64,000 bases of DNA. Source: Octopus vulgaris. Its lineage: Eukaryota. The notes beneath the pieces were generated by a model. The model ran no database searches. It was not told the DNA's origin and saw only the letters and a list, made by a program, of their open reading frames with translations. How positions within the stretch are numbered: position 1 is the first letter of the stretch; each line of letters starts with the position of its first letter. Positions 44,112 to 59,362 of this stretch are shown in pieces. Location of the stretch: positions 34,348,001-34,412,000 of the forward strand of contig OX597814.1 of assembly GCA_951406725.2 (NCBI GenBank), in the 5' to 3' direction. The position numbers and the translations under genes are program-made.

Positions 44112-44522
44112 ATGGCTCTAAATCCCTCGTGTGAGGCGGCTGTTGTTGTGGGGCTTGAAACATTTGCGCGTCCTTACTGTAAAATGAAACCGCCGGATAT
44201 TCCAATTTGGTTTAACCAGACATTCATTAAGAAGCTACGCAACAGCAGTTGTTGGCAGTTCTATCTAAAGCAGTGCATGCCACCGCCTAAGGGGCACTTC
44301 CAGGAGAACCATCACACCACCACTATTACTGTGATCGTATTTGTCTTCCTAATTCTTGGATTAGTGATTCTTTTCTTTGTATTTAATCGACATTGGCGAT
44401 TTGGCCATATCGTGTCGAATGTGGTAAGGAAACGTTTCAGTCAAAACAAAATGAACAATGAAAAACTTTCCAGACAATCAGCGCAGTGTAGTTACCGAAT
44501 GGATACACCCGAGGGTACGTAG
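44112..44522 (+). CDS. Putative single-pass membrane protein (136 aa from ATG 44112; may be an exon of a larger gene)
   Basis: Non-repetitive open frame, accATGg context, upstream acceptor tttttag (44081), 4 Cys and NQT/NSS sequons, about 20-aa hydrophobic segment ITVIVFVFLILGLVILFFVF followed by basic residues; no transposon motifs seen. Confidence 0.6.
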   Translation: MALNPSCEAAVVVGLETFARPYCKMKPPDIPIWFNQTFIKKLRNSSCWQFYLKQCMPPPKGHFQENHHTTTITVIVFVFLILGLVILFFVFNRHWRFGHIVSNVVRKRFSQNKMNNEKLSRQSAQCSYRMDTPEGT

Positions 44523-44798
44523 ACGCGAAGTTACTCTTTAAATTCCATTGCTATTAATAATTATTATGTGGAGTAAAAAAAAAAAAAAAAGAAGAAAAAA
44601 AAAAAGAAAGAAAAAAAAACAAGAAATATAACGAGAGAAAAGAGAAAGAGAGTAATACATATATACATCGTCACCGCGACCTTCCACTCACTGGCACATT
44701 TGTATTTTGTACACTGTCAACAAACACCGCTGCATCTAAAGTTTTGCACAATATAGAAATACAGATACACGCACATATACACGCATAAACATATATAA

Positions 44799-44829
<31 letters not shown>

Positions 44830-45266
44830 CTATATATATACACATGTATATATATATATATATGTAAGCCCACATGTGCATACATCTCTGGATGTATATC
44901 TATGTATGTATATATAAATATGTGCGTGTGTGTGTGTGCTTGTGTATAGTCGATCCTGTTGATATTTTCTATACAAACGTTTTATTTTTTTATAAAAAAG
45001 AAAAAAAAAACCAAACATTTTGTTAATTATGTTGTTATTTTTACTTATTTAAAAAAAAAGACCCACAAGTTTTCTCGTGTTGTTTTTCTTTTTCTTTTTA
45101 AACAAAAAACATTATTTTTTTTTTTTTATCTTTGTTTTGATTTCTTTTGTGTTTAATTAACTTTCTGTTGTTTTTTGTTCATTGAAATAATTAGTTCCTT
45201 GTTTTGGTCATTGTGCCTTAAGAAGTTATAAAAAGAATGAATGGATGAAGTAAATTTAGTCAAGAC

Positions 45267-45358
<92 letters not shown>

Positions 45359-46412
45359 GTCTTTCTATTTATCTACCTCCCTACCTGTCTGCCTGTCTGT
45401 TTACCAATCCATCCATCCATCTACCCATCCATCTACCCATCCATCTACCCATTCATCCGTCTGTCTGTCTGTCTGTCTACTTATGTATGTATGTATCTAC
45501 GTATGCGTGTGTCTGCCTGATGCGTGTGTCTGCCTGGCTGTCTGTGTATGCATCGACCTACCTACCTACCTACCTACCTACCTACCTACCTACCTACCTA
45601 CATAAATACATACACTCACTATTATCAATATAAATACATACAAACATACATACATACCTTACATAATACAAACATACATACATACATACTTACATACATG
45701 CATGCATACATGCATACATACATACATACATACATACATACATACATACATACATACATACATACATACATACATACATACATACATGCATACATACATA
45801 CATACACGCATACATACATATGCTCATTTCGGTGTTGTATATATTTGTTTGCCAAGAAACTTGATCCAAGATCGTTCGTTGAAACAAACAATTACACTGT
45901 AGAACAATCATGTTAGCCAGTTGAAAACCTGCATACAAACCGATGTACTCGTTTTTGTCTTATTTTCTGGTAGTATGTATTACAAAAATTATGAAGTGTC
46001 AAAATTTCGTCATAAATCTACAATACGGTCATTGACGGAATTCCACCCCATAAATACAATATTTCACTGAATGTACAGTAGATCGAACCTGTTTTGTTGT
46101 GTACGTACGTATATGTATATATAAGCATGTTCTTTTAATTTTGTTGTATACTTTTCTCACTAAAAGAGAAAGATCCGGTCTCTAGCATAGAAATGAAAGT
46201 ATTACCATTGGATTTAAGCAACATTAACTCAATAGCTATATGTGTATGCGTGCATGCATAAATGCTTGTATATATGTATATATATGTATATATATTCCCG
46301 CATATGTATGTGTGTTCATGCATAACATTGCGTAAGCGAATTTGCATATTTTGATTTCTGTGCGAGTACATATACATATGTTTGTATAGGTCAAACTTCT
46401 GGAAAATTTAGC

Positions 46413-46478
<66 letters not shown>

Positions 46479-46509
46479 GTATATAAAATATATCATATCT
46501 ATCAATCAA

Positions 46510-46673
<164 letters not shown>

Positions 46674-47152
46674 GTCTCTCTCTCTCCCTCTCATTCTATC
46701 TATCTATATGTACACACGTACTTGTGTGTATGCATAAATGTATTCTTCGGGATTTATTGACGAAGCAAATGCATAGATGGATGCGTATACATCTCCTATT
46801 CTCTCCTCTCACCGCACCGTTTTCCTCCATCTCTCTCCCCATCTCAGGCGAATGAAAATCAGTCAAAACTTTCAGCAACAACAAGGTTCCCTTTCCACAT
46901 AAGAGTTCATAATCCCTTATCGCAGCATATGGACTTAACTGTCTGAAAACGCTTCAAATTATCTGTATCTTTTGTCTATAAATATATATTTACCCTCTCA
47001 TATTCCTACGTACCCTGTCATTAGACAGAGTATAAAGTTTACCTGTATGTAAACGCGACTAATTACCGTAATTACCAGACACCCTTGCTACTCTATGCAA
47101 AATATGCAACACTCAATCCATATTAATGAAACGATGTGTGCGAATGTGTGTG

Positions 47153-47207
<55 letters not shown>

Positions 47208-47253
47208 TTATACAGAAACATACACGCATTACAATCATGCTTGTATGTTTAAA

Positions 47254-47419
<166 letters not shown>

Positions 47420-47916
47420 TACATATATATATATGTTTTACACCCCACTACACATATATAAACATATAATGTTTATATATATATATATGCATAGCACATA
47501 CATACACACAAACACACACATATATGTATATATATATACACACACATACATATATATATAAATATATCTATATCTATATATATATACACGTAGTCATAGT
47601 GAGATATTATAATCATGCTTACATGCTTACAAACGTATAATGTTTATATATATAAATACACACACGCACGCACACGTGTATATATAGATAACACTTATAT
47701 ATGCATATATATATATACCTACAATATATTATGTTTTTATACGTCTATGTATATAATATTATGACTAAATATGTTTACATACGAACACACACACACACAT
47801 ACACGCGCGCGCGTATGTATTCCTTTATTCTTTTATACGTTTCAGCTTGAAGGCTGTGGCAATTCTGGGACGCTGCCAGTGTATACCCATATATACAAAA
47901 GTATGTCTATACACAT

Positions 47917-47962
<46 letters not shown>

Positions 47963-48193
47963 TTCTATATAAATATATAGAAATGCATGTATACAAATGT
48001 ATAATGTTTATATGTATAAATACACACAGGGACACACATATTCATACATATAAACATAAAGGCGTAGTATAATAATGCTTATACGTTTAAACATATGTAT
48101 GTTTATATGTAAACACACACACATTACCCATATATATGCACACACACCCACACACATATATATGCATATATATGCATACATATATACATACAT

Positions 48194-48236
<43 letters not shown>

Positions 48237-48399
48237 CATGTTTCTACACATTTATTTATAAGAATGTTTATAAACATACACACATATACACATATATGTC
48301 TATACAAATATATATGAACGTATGTAAATAGATATATATATATATATATATATATAAACACACACCACACATATATACATATAAAGTGGCTGGTTTTAC

Positions 48400-48465
<66 letters not shown>

Positions 48466-48475
48466 ACGCATCTGC

Positions 48476-48561
<86 letters not shown>

Positions 48562-49453
48562 GCCATATTTATATCTATGGATGTGTATACATATATACAT
48601 GTATATGCTTATGTACCTGTATTTATGTGGATGACTGAATGAATGACAGCGGTCTGCAATCTAGGTATAAACACAATAATACCTGTCTTCGCGCAGCTAA
48701 ATTACACGTTTTATACGGAAACACAGACATCTAGATGCGTATGTGTTCGCGTGTGTATGTGTGTGTGTGTGTGTGCATGTATGGCTGCGTGCGTGTTTCT
48801 GGGTGTCTAGATGCGTGTGAATGTGTGTGCACTGACGCATACATACATATCTGTCGAGACCCAAGCTGAATAAAATAACGCACGTGAGATTTACCGGTAT
48901 ACAAAACCATCCTCAACAACACCAACGACAACCACAACAACAACGACGACGACGACGGAGAAAGATTAGAAACTTCTTTGTCAATGGTTATAAAGCGAGG
49001 TGTCAACCAATGTAATAACTATCAAACGACGTGTAAAATAAGGTTTAAACAGTGTTGTATGGAGTGGAATGAGAGATGTAAGTAGACAGCGAATGAAGCC
49101 AGCAACTGAGATCTGATTCAACAACTGGGCTGTTGATAGTCTCATCGTACTTAATGTGGCTCATGAATTTTTAGAAGACATAAGTGTCACGTCATACAGG
49201 TTACTCCTCTTCCTTAAAACATAGTAATCTGTGTCACAAACAGGAAGAGCAGATACATTGGACAATGTGGTCTGAAATATATTATATTTGAAAGAAAAGA
49301 TAGAACGGTCCTGACTTGAATAGCTTTGGTCATAGGAGTGACTTCGAGCAAAAATAATAAACACGGGAGCAGCAACATAACGCTTCTCAGTTGTTTGAAC
49401 ATATATATATATAAATCAAAGCAAAAAGACAATGCACTTTTTGTTTGTTCTAG

Positions 49454-49680
49454 GTCTTCCTGGAATGAATGTAAACTGCCAGCAGGTGGAGATTACAGCT
49501 CACTTTCTAACTCAATTGAGTTTCTTTTCTGCCCTCTTAAAATTTTGTGCTACTCAATCACAAAAGAAACTAACACAAGATGTGCACTCATTAACATTGG
49601 CCTTCAATGTTTTTTTTCTTATTGTGATTGATGTATTATGCAAATGTCGCTTCTTCAATTGTTCTACAATTATTAAGTAG
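49454..49680 (+). CDS. Possible downstream exon (speculative)
   Basis: Acceptor ttttgtttgttctag; phase-1 compatible with donor G|GTACGT at 44514/44515, giving ...DTPEGLPGMNVNCQQVEITAHF... Confidence 0.2.
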
Positions 49681-51199
49681 TCAGCATTTTATTGCAGTTG
49701 TTAAAATAAGAAGTGACACACGGTTTGTTGTAGCAAGCTAGTAGATTACAGATTAACATACAGCAAATCAAAAGCGTTTTACAAACCTGCGAACTATAGC
49801 ACTTGCACTGCAGAAATAGAATATCTAGCGTGTCTCGTCAGGAGCTTATCTTTACTGAACGGCATTCACTGTTACATAAGAAATAATTATTTCTGCAACA
49901 AACTTGACGATAATTAAAGGAAGTTTCAGCATTAATATAATTGACAGTGGACATAAATACATATTCTAGATATAGTAAAGTAGCTGGTGTAGCAATCTAT
50001 TGCCAACATCAAAGTATCTTCTCACTCCATTAAATTCTAAATAATGGTTTATTTTTACCTATCATACCTCCAATCTCACAACTAGACAGTAGTACAGAGT
50101 ATAGTATTTTCCTTGTTGAAGACTTTCTTAAGAGTGTATCTGTTTTGCCTCAAGTCGGCTTTGATTGAGCAGACCTACGACCAAATACATCCTAGTAGCG
50201 ACCATTTTCCCTTGAAATATTTTTGCCCTGGTTTATATTATTTAATGTCTTTTGTCTAGATAGTTAAGTATGGCTTTAAGGGAGATATTGATGCTATTTC
50301 GAGCAGGTCGACCAACAATGTGGGAGCTGCATTTTTGACTCGAGTATTTCCCATGAATATTTATTAGCAGTATAAATCAAACTGAACTCGATGTGAACCT
50401 GCGTCGACGTCTCAGGTTCACTTCTATTTAAGGCTTACAAGGAACATATGCACTTTTGTTGTTTAAACTCTAATCAATCAACAGCGTTCTAACCATGACT
50501 ATCTTATCTTGATTTTTCAGGTATAATGTCTCAATATCATCACCAGCCAATCTTTTGAAACCTATAAGGTGATTCGAGAGAAATTTTGTAGCTATTTGTA
50601 ACAGGTTGAGTGAACACATAAAAACCTCTCTAATTCTCTCGAATAGCATTTTAAACAATCAGAAGTAATAAGTAGTTTTAAAAAGTACTGTATTTTGGAA
50701 AGGTATATTATACAGTTACAACAAGTTCATTATCTTATTTGTATGGTAACTGTTTAAAGAGATACGTACATGAGTGCTGTAAATTCCTGTTTCATTTTTC
50801 CTAATCTAGAAAGCCTTTATGACAAGCCAAGAGCAACAATATCTTAAGTGCTATTATGGAGTAGAATGGACTCAGTAACCCAGTTTCAGTTTCTGGTTTT
50901 CAACTTTGTTAATATAGATCTATTGGATCTGAGATGATCTGGGTATAAGCAACCACCGCTACCGCCACCACCACCATTGTAATACCTTGTCAGTATATAT
51001 TTTACCACGTGAATGTATAGGTGGATACATTATACATATATATATTACCACGTGTGTGTATAGGTACATACATTATACATAACACATATACATTATACAT
51101 AACACATTACATATATAAGCAATTAAATACAAACTTATAATATATAATACACACGCACATACGTACACACACACACACACGTACACACACACACGCACA

Positions 51200-51240
<41 letters not shown>

Positions 51241-51382
51241 ATTTCTCATGCTACTTGTATATCTATATATGAATGTATACGTCTGTCTGTGTATGTATGT
51301 TTGTAAATTAAATATATATTACACACACATATACATCTCTCTCTCTCTCTCTCTCGCTCTCTCTCTCCCTCTCTTTGTATAT

Positions 51383-51448
<66 letters not shown>

Positions 51449-51854
51449 TCTTCTACTTGCTTCAGTCTTTTGACTGGGGCCATGCTGGAGGACTGTCTTT
51501 AGCCGAACTAATCGAACCCCAGGACTTTTTTTGTAAGTCTAGTACTTATTCTAACGGTGCCTTTTGCCGAACTGCTAAGTTACGGGGACGTAAACACGCC
51601 AACATCGGTTGTCTAGTGATGATGGGGGACTAACACAGACACACAGATACATATACACGCATACACACACTCACACACACACACACACACACATACACAC
51701 ACACTCACACACACACAACGTTTTCGTCTACCAAATCCATTCACAAGGCTTTGGTCAGCCCAAGGCTATAGAAGACACTTACCCAAGGTGCCATGCAGTG
51801 GGACTGAACCCGGAACAATGTGGTTGGGAAGCAAGCTTCTTACCACGCAGCCAC

Positions 51855-51859
<5 letters not shown>
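51449..51859 (-). mobile_element. SINE family A, full length
   Basis: Imperfect reverse complement of 51929-52335. Confidence 0.9.
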
Positions 51860-51928
<69 letters not shown>

Positions 51929-51932
<4 letters not shown>

Positions 51933-52095
51933 GAGTGGCTGTATGGTAAGTAGTTTGCTAACCAACCACATGGTTCCGGGTTCAGTCCCACTGCGTGGCA
52001 TCTTGGCCAAGTGTCTTCTGCTATAGCCCCGGGCCGACCAATGCCTTGTGAGTGGATTTGGTAGACGAAACTGAAAGAAGCCTGTCGTATATATG

Positions 52096-52128
<33 letters not shown>

Positions 52129-52335
52129 ATGTCTATGTTTGTCCCCCTAGCATTGCTTGACAACCGATGCTGGTGTGTTTACGTCCCCGTCACTTAGCGG
52201 TTCGGCAAAAGAGACCGATAGAATAAGTACTGGGCTTACAAAGAATAAGTCCCGGGGTCGATTTGCTCGACTAAAGGCGATGCTCCAGCATGGCCGCAGT
52301 CAAATGACTGAAACAAGTAAAAGAATAAAAGAATA
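51929..52335 (+). mobile_element. SINE family A, full length
   Basis: ggagtggctgtatggtaag head, gggttcagtccc B-box-like motif, internal TA/TG array, (AAAAGAAT) tail. Confidence 0.92.
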
Positions 52336-52526
52336 TATAGTATACTGCTCCGTGGAAGTAAGATCAACAAAAATAAGTACTCCATTTGGTGCGAGATGGA
52401 GCACAGCCATGTAAGAACACCACGAAGATTGCACGAAGGCACCAGACGTATTATAAAATACTGTGTCATTGTATTGCATGAAACTAATGATAGCTCATAG
52501 ATATATATTCCGTATTCATTAAACAA

Positions 52527-52922
52527 CTAGCAGTATCGCCCGGCGTTGCTCGGGTTTGTAAGGGAAATAACTATAAAGCAGTTTTTAGAGAGTTATAGCC
52601 AAAAAGTAGCAAAAAATGCATTAAAAATGGTAAAAAAATTATGGTAAATTTTAAAAAAAATCTTTGACTCATCGTAGACATTTTTAGAGAGTTACTTCCC
52701 CTATATAATAGCAAAAAAATGCATTAAAATGGAAAAAATGATGGTAAATTATTTTAAAAATCGTAGACTCATCGTAGACGCGCGCTAATACCTAGAAGGG
52801 CTCGATATGAATCACGACTATAAGATACCCGGTTTTGGTTAAACTGCACCGCAAAATGTGGGAGTAGTTAGGAATCTAAATCGTAGGAGACAGACACACA
52901 ACCTTACTTTTATATATAAAGA
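52527..52922 (-). mobile_element. Complete non-autonomous Helitron (396 bp)
   Basis: Minus strand: A|TCTTTATATATAAAAG start, subterminal hairpin cccgagcaacgccggg, CTAG|T end; internal duplication of about 100 bp. Confidence 0.85.
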
Positions 52923-53027
<105 letters not shown>

Positions 53028-53038
53028 GCCTGCCTGCC

Positions 53039-53163
<125 letters not shown>

Positions 53164-53898
53164 GTCTATCTGTCTATCTATCTATCTATACTTACACATA
53201 TGACATGCGCACGCACAAACATATATATAAGTGTATATGTGTCTGTATGTAAAGAAAGGCAGAAAGGTGTAAAGATTGAATGAGTAGCCTAAGCTGATGC
53301 TAATGTACACACATGCACCATACACACACAGCCACAGGTGCACATACATGCACACACACACGTACATATTTATCAAAAAGGAAGTAGTCAGAAGTCGTTC
53401 AATGGTGTTCATTATTTATTAAATTTTCTAGTGCTTTTGTCCTTCATAGAACTATTCAAAAATTGTAGATTACTGTTTATGAGAACGTGTAAAGAAATTT
53501 CAGGTGTTTATTGAAGAATATCAGAAATTTGAATATTTTTAATAATTTCGTTTAACTTGAATCTGAAGATTTGATAAAGAATACGTGAATTTTAGGAGTG
53601 GTAAGTTTTAACGGTGTAACCTCTTATTTGCTGTTTTGAATGTATGTGTATATTTATGTGTGTGTGTGTGTGTGTATGTGTGTGTGTATGTGTGTGTGCG
53701 TGTGTGTGTGTATGTGGTGATTCTTTAAACCGAGGACAAATGAGCCTAACAAAATATTATAAGACAGAAACAATATTTCACCAACTTCCGACAAGTTTCT
53801 TTTTTTATTGACACATACACTGTACAGCAGAAGGTATACACTATGTAAGTACATTCTATGCATACATGTATATGCATATACACATATATACACACAGG

Positions 53899-53952
<54 letters not shown>

Positions 53953-53965
53953 GAGAGAGAGAAGT

Positions 53966-54018
<53 letters not shown>

Positions 54019-54033
54019 TGAGATAGAGTGAGA

Positions 54034-54070
<37 letters not shown>

Positions 54071-55184
54071 AGGGAAAGGTCAATTCCAGTATTTTATTTA
54101 TTGACCTCGGAACGCGAAATATCTCACGATATTTGTCGGACACTCCCGATCGACTATCCTTATTTATCCTTTCTTATTGAAAATAATCCTTGTCTGCTCG
54201 GATTTCCGATAGTAAACACTAATACCTGCTTCAATCCTTCGCCAATCATACACAGTTCCGGGTTACAACATTCATAGTTGCTTTTAATCAGTCCTGCAGT
54301 ATACGATACTGTTTATATCAAGTTTCAAAAGCTTTCCTTAAAATCTCACTTCTTCTAAAATTTTCGAATGAAGTAAAATTAGTATTTTTTAAAGAAGCGC
54401 CATTGCATATGTTTAATATATATATTCCAGGTAATTCTAATCAGTGCTATAATGAAAATTACCAACTGACTCCCGGATAACGAACTGACTCCCGGATAAC
54501 GAAACGTATTTGAATTTTTACAGTTGTATATTTCTCAGTATATTGTTCAAATATATTTAATCGTATTCACTATATTTTTAGATATATACAATGATAACAC
54601 TCTTTCTTGAAGATAGCGGGTTAGCACTAGTGTGCATTAACGTATGTGTGTGTGTATGTATGTATGTGTGTGTATGAGTGTGTATGTGTATGTATGTGTG
54701 TATACACACACACATACAAACACACACACACACACACACACATTACGTATATATATAATTGCTGTGTATAAGCGTGTAAGTAATTTACAATCAGGTTTCA
54801 AAGGGAGAAAAAAATATTTATGCACACAAAGAGAAGCATCACACTCCTGTGTCTGCCAAGAGGGCTGTTTCTGAGTGTAATAGTGTAATACAATTTATCT
54901 GTCAAAATATACATATCAATTCCTAACATACATACATCATACATAAACAGATGTTCACTATACCCATATGAAACTTTAGATACATGTACATACACTAACG
55001 TACGACCCACCATGTGTAATATACACATTTTGAATTATGATAAACACAAATGTCTGCTTAATCAACGATGCTGTATATACAGCTTTTCTAAACATGCACA
55101 CAGCGTCTGCATCTGTTCAAATATACGTAGCCGCATAGTTTTTGCTCTTTCTCATATAGCCATGGATATGTATATATATATCTA

Positions 55185-55331
<147 letters not shown>

Positions 55332-55356
55332 TTCTCTCTCTCTCTTTCTCTCTCTC

Positions 55357-55424
<68 letters not shown>

Positions 55425-55471
55425 AATAAATTTACATGTATGTATGTATATATATGTATATATTTATATAT

Positions 55472-55546
<75 letters not shown>

Positions 55547-55954
55547 TCTATATAATATACATGCTGAGTTTATATATCTAAATACTTTTAATCTATCCAC
55601 ACATATACACATACACATATGGACTCTCTCCCCTCTTTACGTTTACGTTCACATAAACGCTCTGTCTACATTTTTCAAAATGAAGTAGTCTTTAAGTTGC
55701 CGCTCAACTCATAAGGAATAGCAAGCCCAGACTCTCTTCAAAAAAGAAATGACACAGACACATTAGCATTGCAATCTATAAATTGTCAAAAAAACAAAAC
55801 AAAACAAAAAACAAACAAAAAAGCAACAAAAAACAAAACAAAACAAAAAAGGCAGGATAGTAATGGCGAGAGTGCTTTGATAATAAATCTGTAAAGCGAA
55901 GGCTGATCCGAGGTTACAAACATCAAGTTATAGAAAATAAATGTCTACATATAC

Positions 55955-56043
<89 letters not shown>

Positions 56044-56199
56044 CATATAGGGAAAAACCTACAGCGCTTCAATGCTTGCATATAGAAAAAATGCTTTTAT
56101 TTACACACGCACATATAGAATGTCTACATATAAAAATTCTTCTGTATACTTGCTTACGTATACACAACTATATAGCCTACAAACAGAAAAAAATTCACC

Positions 56200-56273
<74 letters not shown>

Positions 56274-57457
56274 ACACGCTGACACACACTGACACACAAA
56301 CACACTCACACACATACATAAATGCACAAACACCAATACTTATAAAATCAGGCACGTACATACAAACTTTATATATTGGTGTATGAATGTGTCTGAATGT
56401 GTGCACGTGCACGTGTGTGTATGCACATTCATACGAGCGCATGCACGTGTTTATGCATTGACAGCTATTATAAACTAAAGTTTGCTGATCAAGTTAAGTC
56501 AAACAATGGACATTATCTGGGTATGCATACGTACACACACACACACACACAAACACACACCTGCATATATATGCATCGACATATACATACATAATACATA
56601 TATACATAAGTATATACATACACACACACGTGCGCTTACACACACACACACACACATTCTTTCTCTCATTCTATCCCTCTCTCACACGTATAGATACGCA
56701 AACATACATATATATTGTTAAAAGCAATTTGCCATACTTCATATTTTGTACCGAAAAAATATTTTTCACCAACAGAAATTATAACCGCAAAGAGAACAGT
56801 CTTTGTTAATGAAATACATCTAAAAAAAAATGCCAGGGAGAAAATTCCCCAACTTTCAACTGACTAAAAATTAACTGGAGACATACCCTTAGGAGTAGAT
56901 TTGATATTTGACAGCTAGAAAGACAACTCCGGACATTTTTCAGTATTAATAGGCATCTTCAGCAAACTACTGGGCCCTGAAGCTTCACAGACTTCAATAA
57001 TTAAGATAAACAGTTTTGAAGCGTGAAGAACATTCACTGAATGTCACAAAAATAAAGTGTCTCATGATGCTTGTTGTTGAAGAATATATAGTAAAACGCA
57101 TGCAACAATATTTCAGGTGATGTGCCGAAAATAGTTTTTATTTATCCAGATTATAATGCCTTTAGCAGAAAATGAAATTGTCTTTGCATATATTTACGTG
57201 CGTATCCATGTAAGTATAGTAGAAACAATGGATACGGAAGATAGTGTATATTGGAAACTTTATTTGTCACTACAATCGTTTCTACACACTTTGCAGCGCT
57301 CCTTCGTGGGTAGGAAACTATACAGGGAATTACAGTGCACCAAACAAGTGCAGAAATATCTCTTCGGGTGATGCATCTCAGTTTCTCGTTACATAAATGA
57401 TGTTCTGCTCTAGACCTTAACTTGAGCATGTTGATAGTAGTCGTATCTAAACTACAT

Positions 57458-57537
<80 letters not shown>

Positions 57538-57705
57538 GGAGAATTCACAAAAAAAAATGACGAAGACAGGTGGTGTAGACACCAAACAGATGCATTAGTA
57601 TAACGCTCGGGAAGTGAAAAAATCTTTAACGTTTCGAGCCTACGCTCTTCCACAGAAAGAAGCACAGAAAGAAACAAGGACAGAAAATAAAGAATGTGTA
57701 GTGGC

Positions 57706-57779
<74 letters not shown>

Positions 57780-58090
57780 TTGGCGGTGCCCCAGCATGGC
57801 CACAGCTCGTGAGCTGAAACTAGATAAAATTAAAAAATTAATATTAATATATGTATATATATATATATATATACACCACGAGGGGCTGGGTGCACTCAAA
57901 CATTCGCCATGATAGATCACTAGCCACTACACACATTTTTTTTCTCTCCTTGTTTCTTTCTGTGTTCCTTTCTGTGGAAGAGCGTAGGCTCGAAACGTTA
58001 AAGACTTTTCGATTCTTGAGCGTTATACTAATACATCTGTTTGTTTTCTACACCACCTGTCTTCGTCTTTTGTTTTTCTGTGAATTCTCT
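57538..58090. mobile_element. Inverted pair of PLE-like terminal repeats, each with a minimal hammerhead-like motif
   Basis: 57538-57715 is the imperfect reverse complement of 57913-58090; both contain ctttCTGTGGAagagcgtaggctcGAAAcgttaaag. Confidence 0.7.
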
Positions 58091-58472
58091 CCCCCCCCCA
58101 TATATATATATATATATATGTACTTCCTTCGCACACATATTTATTTATTGGTTTGTTCCGAGAAAGGGTATTTGATCAACAGAGATTCTCTAAGATCAGT
58201 GTGATCAATATGACTAATGTTTCTTTGTATAGTTGTAAGAAAAGAAAGACACGGATAGGCAGGGAATTTAAGAGGGATAACGTTCTGGTGCGGGTGGAAT
58301 GGTTTAGCGGTTAATGCAGCGATTTAAGGGAGGTGAGATGGTTGACAAGAACAGGATAAGCATTGATTCAAGAGTTTCTGAATAGAGGTAGAACGCTACC
58401 TCTATATGTAGACATTTTATAACCAGAAGTACTCATGAAAATACGGTCAGCTTTATTAACTTAGAAAAAATG

Positions 58473-58627
<155 letters not shown>

Positions 58628-58794
58628 TAACGTAGAAAGCGAAGGATACTGCAAAAAGTCCAATTTCATTGGTTGATTCAATCTACAGCGAGATTATCAT
58701 CGGTGACCAATGGTTCTTCTCTCTCACACACAAACATGCTCATGTTTATAAACATACACACATATGAATACATATGGACGCTGTCATATCCATA

Positions 58795-59023
58795 TACTCT
58801 CTATATAAACGGCAGTTTGTCTGTGCGTGTTTCTGTGTGTCTGTTTTCTCGTACCCTCACCCTGACCACGGCTTTCAACCGATTCTGATGAAACTTGACA
58901 CACACATAGCCCAATGTCATAATTCAAAACTAACGCAGCGAAAATTTTGAAAAGTTCCCCCAGTTCTGAAAAGAATCGATAAATTCGACATGGGGTCGAG
59001 AATCAGAAACACAAACCGTCTAG

Positions 59024-59030
<7 letters not shown>
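58795..59030 (+). mobile_element. Helitron/Helentron-like non-autonomous element, 5' part
   Basis: tctctatataaacggcagtttgtctgtgcgtg start, GTCT-like repeat and caaccgattctgatgaaacttg motif typical of such elements. Confidence 0.5.
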
Positions 59031-59087
<57 letters not shown>

Positions 59088-59266
59088 CACACACACAAAT
59101 ACACACACTGAGCCACGCACACTCACAGTCACACACATGCACGCTCACACATTCTATCACATGCAGGCAAACATAGGCGTATGCACACATATATTTGTAT
59201 CAAAGTTCAGCTGCATATATTGTTCTGTAGTGATGTAGGTACAAACGAGAAAGGATACCTTACACG

Positions 59267-59362
<96 letters not shown>

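Noticed and set aside
44575-44620. A-rich tract as a retrocopy poly(A) tail
   Set aside because: No target-site duplication or clear AATAAA seen, and the upstream splice acceptor argues for a normal exon
54464-54501. Exact 19-bp tandem duplication (aactgactcccggataacg) x2
   Set aside because: Only two units and no spacers; simple slippage, not CRISPR-like
58884-58900. ctgatgaaac as a hammerhead core
   Set aside because: No stem II or separate downstream GAAA; part of a common Helitron-like motif
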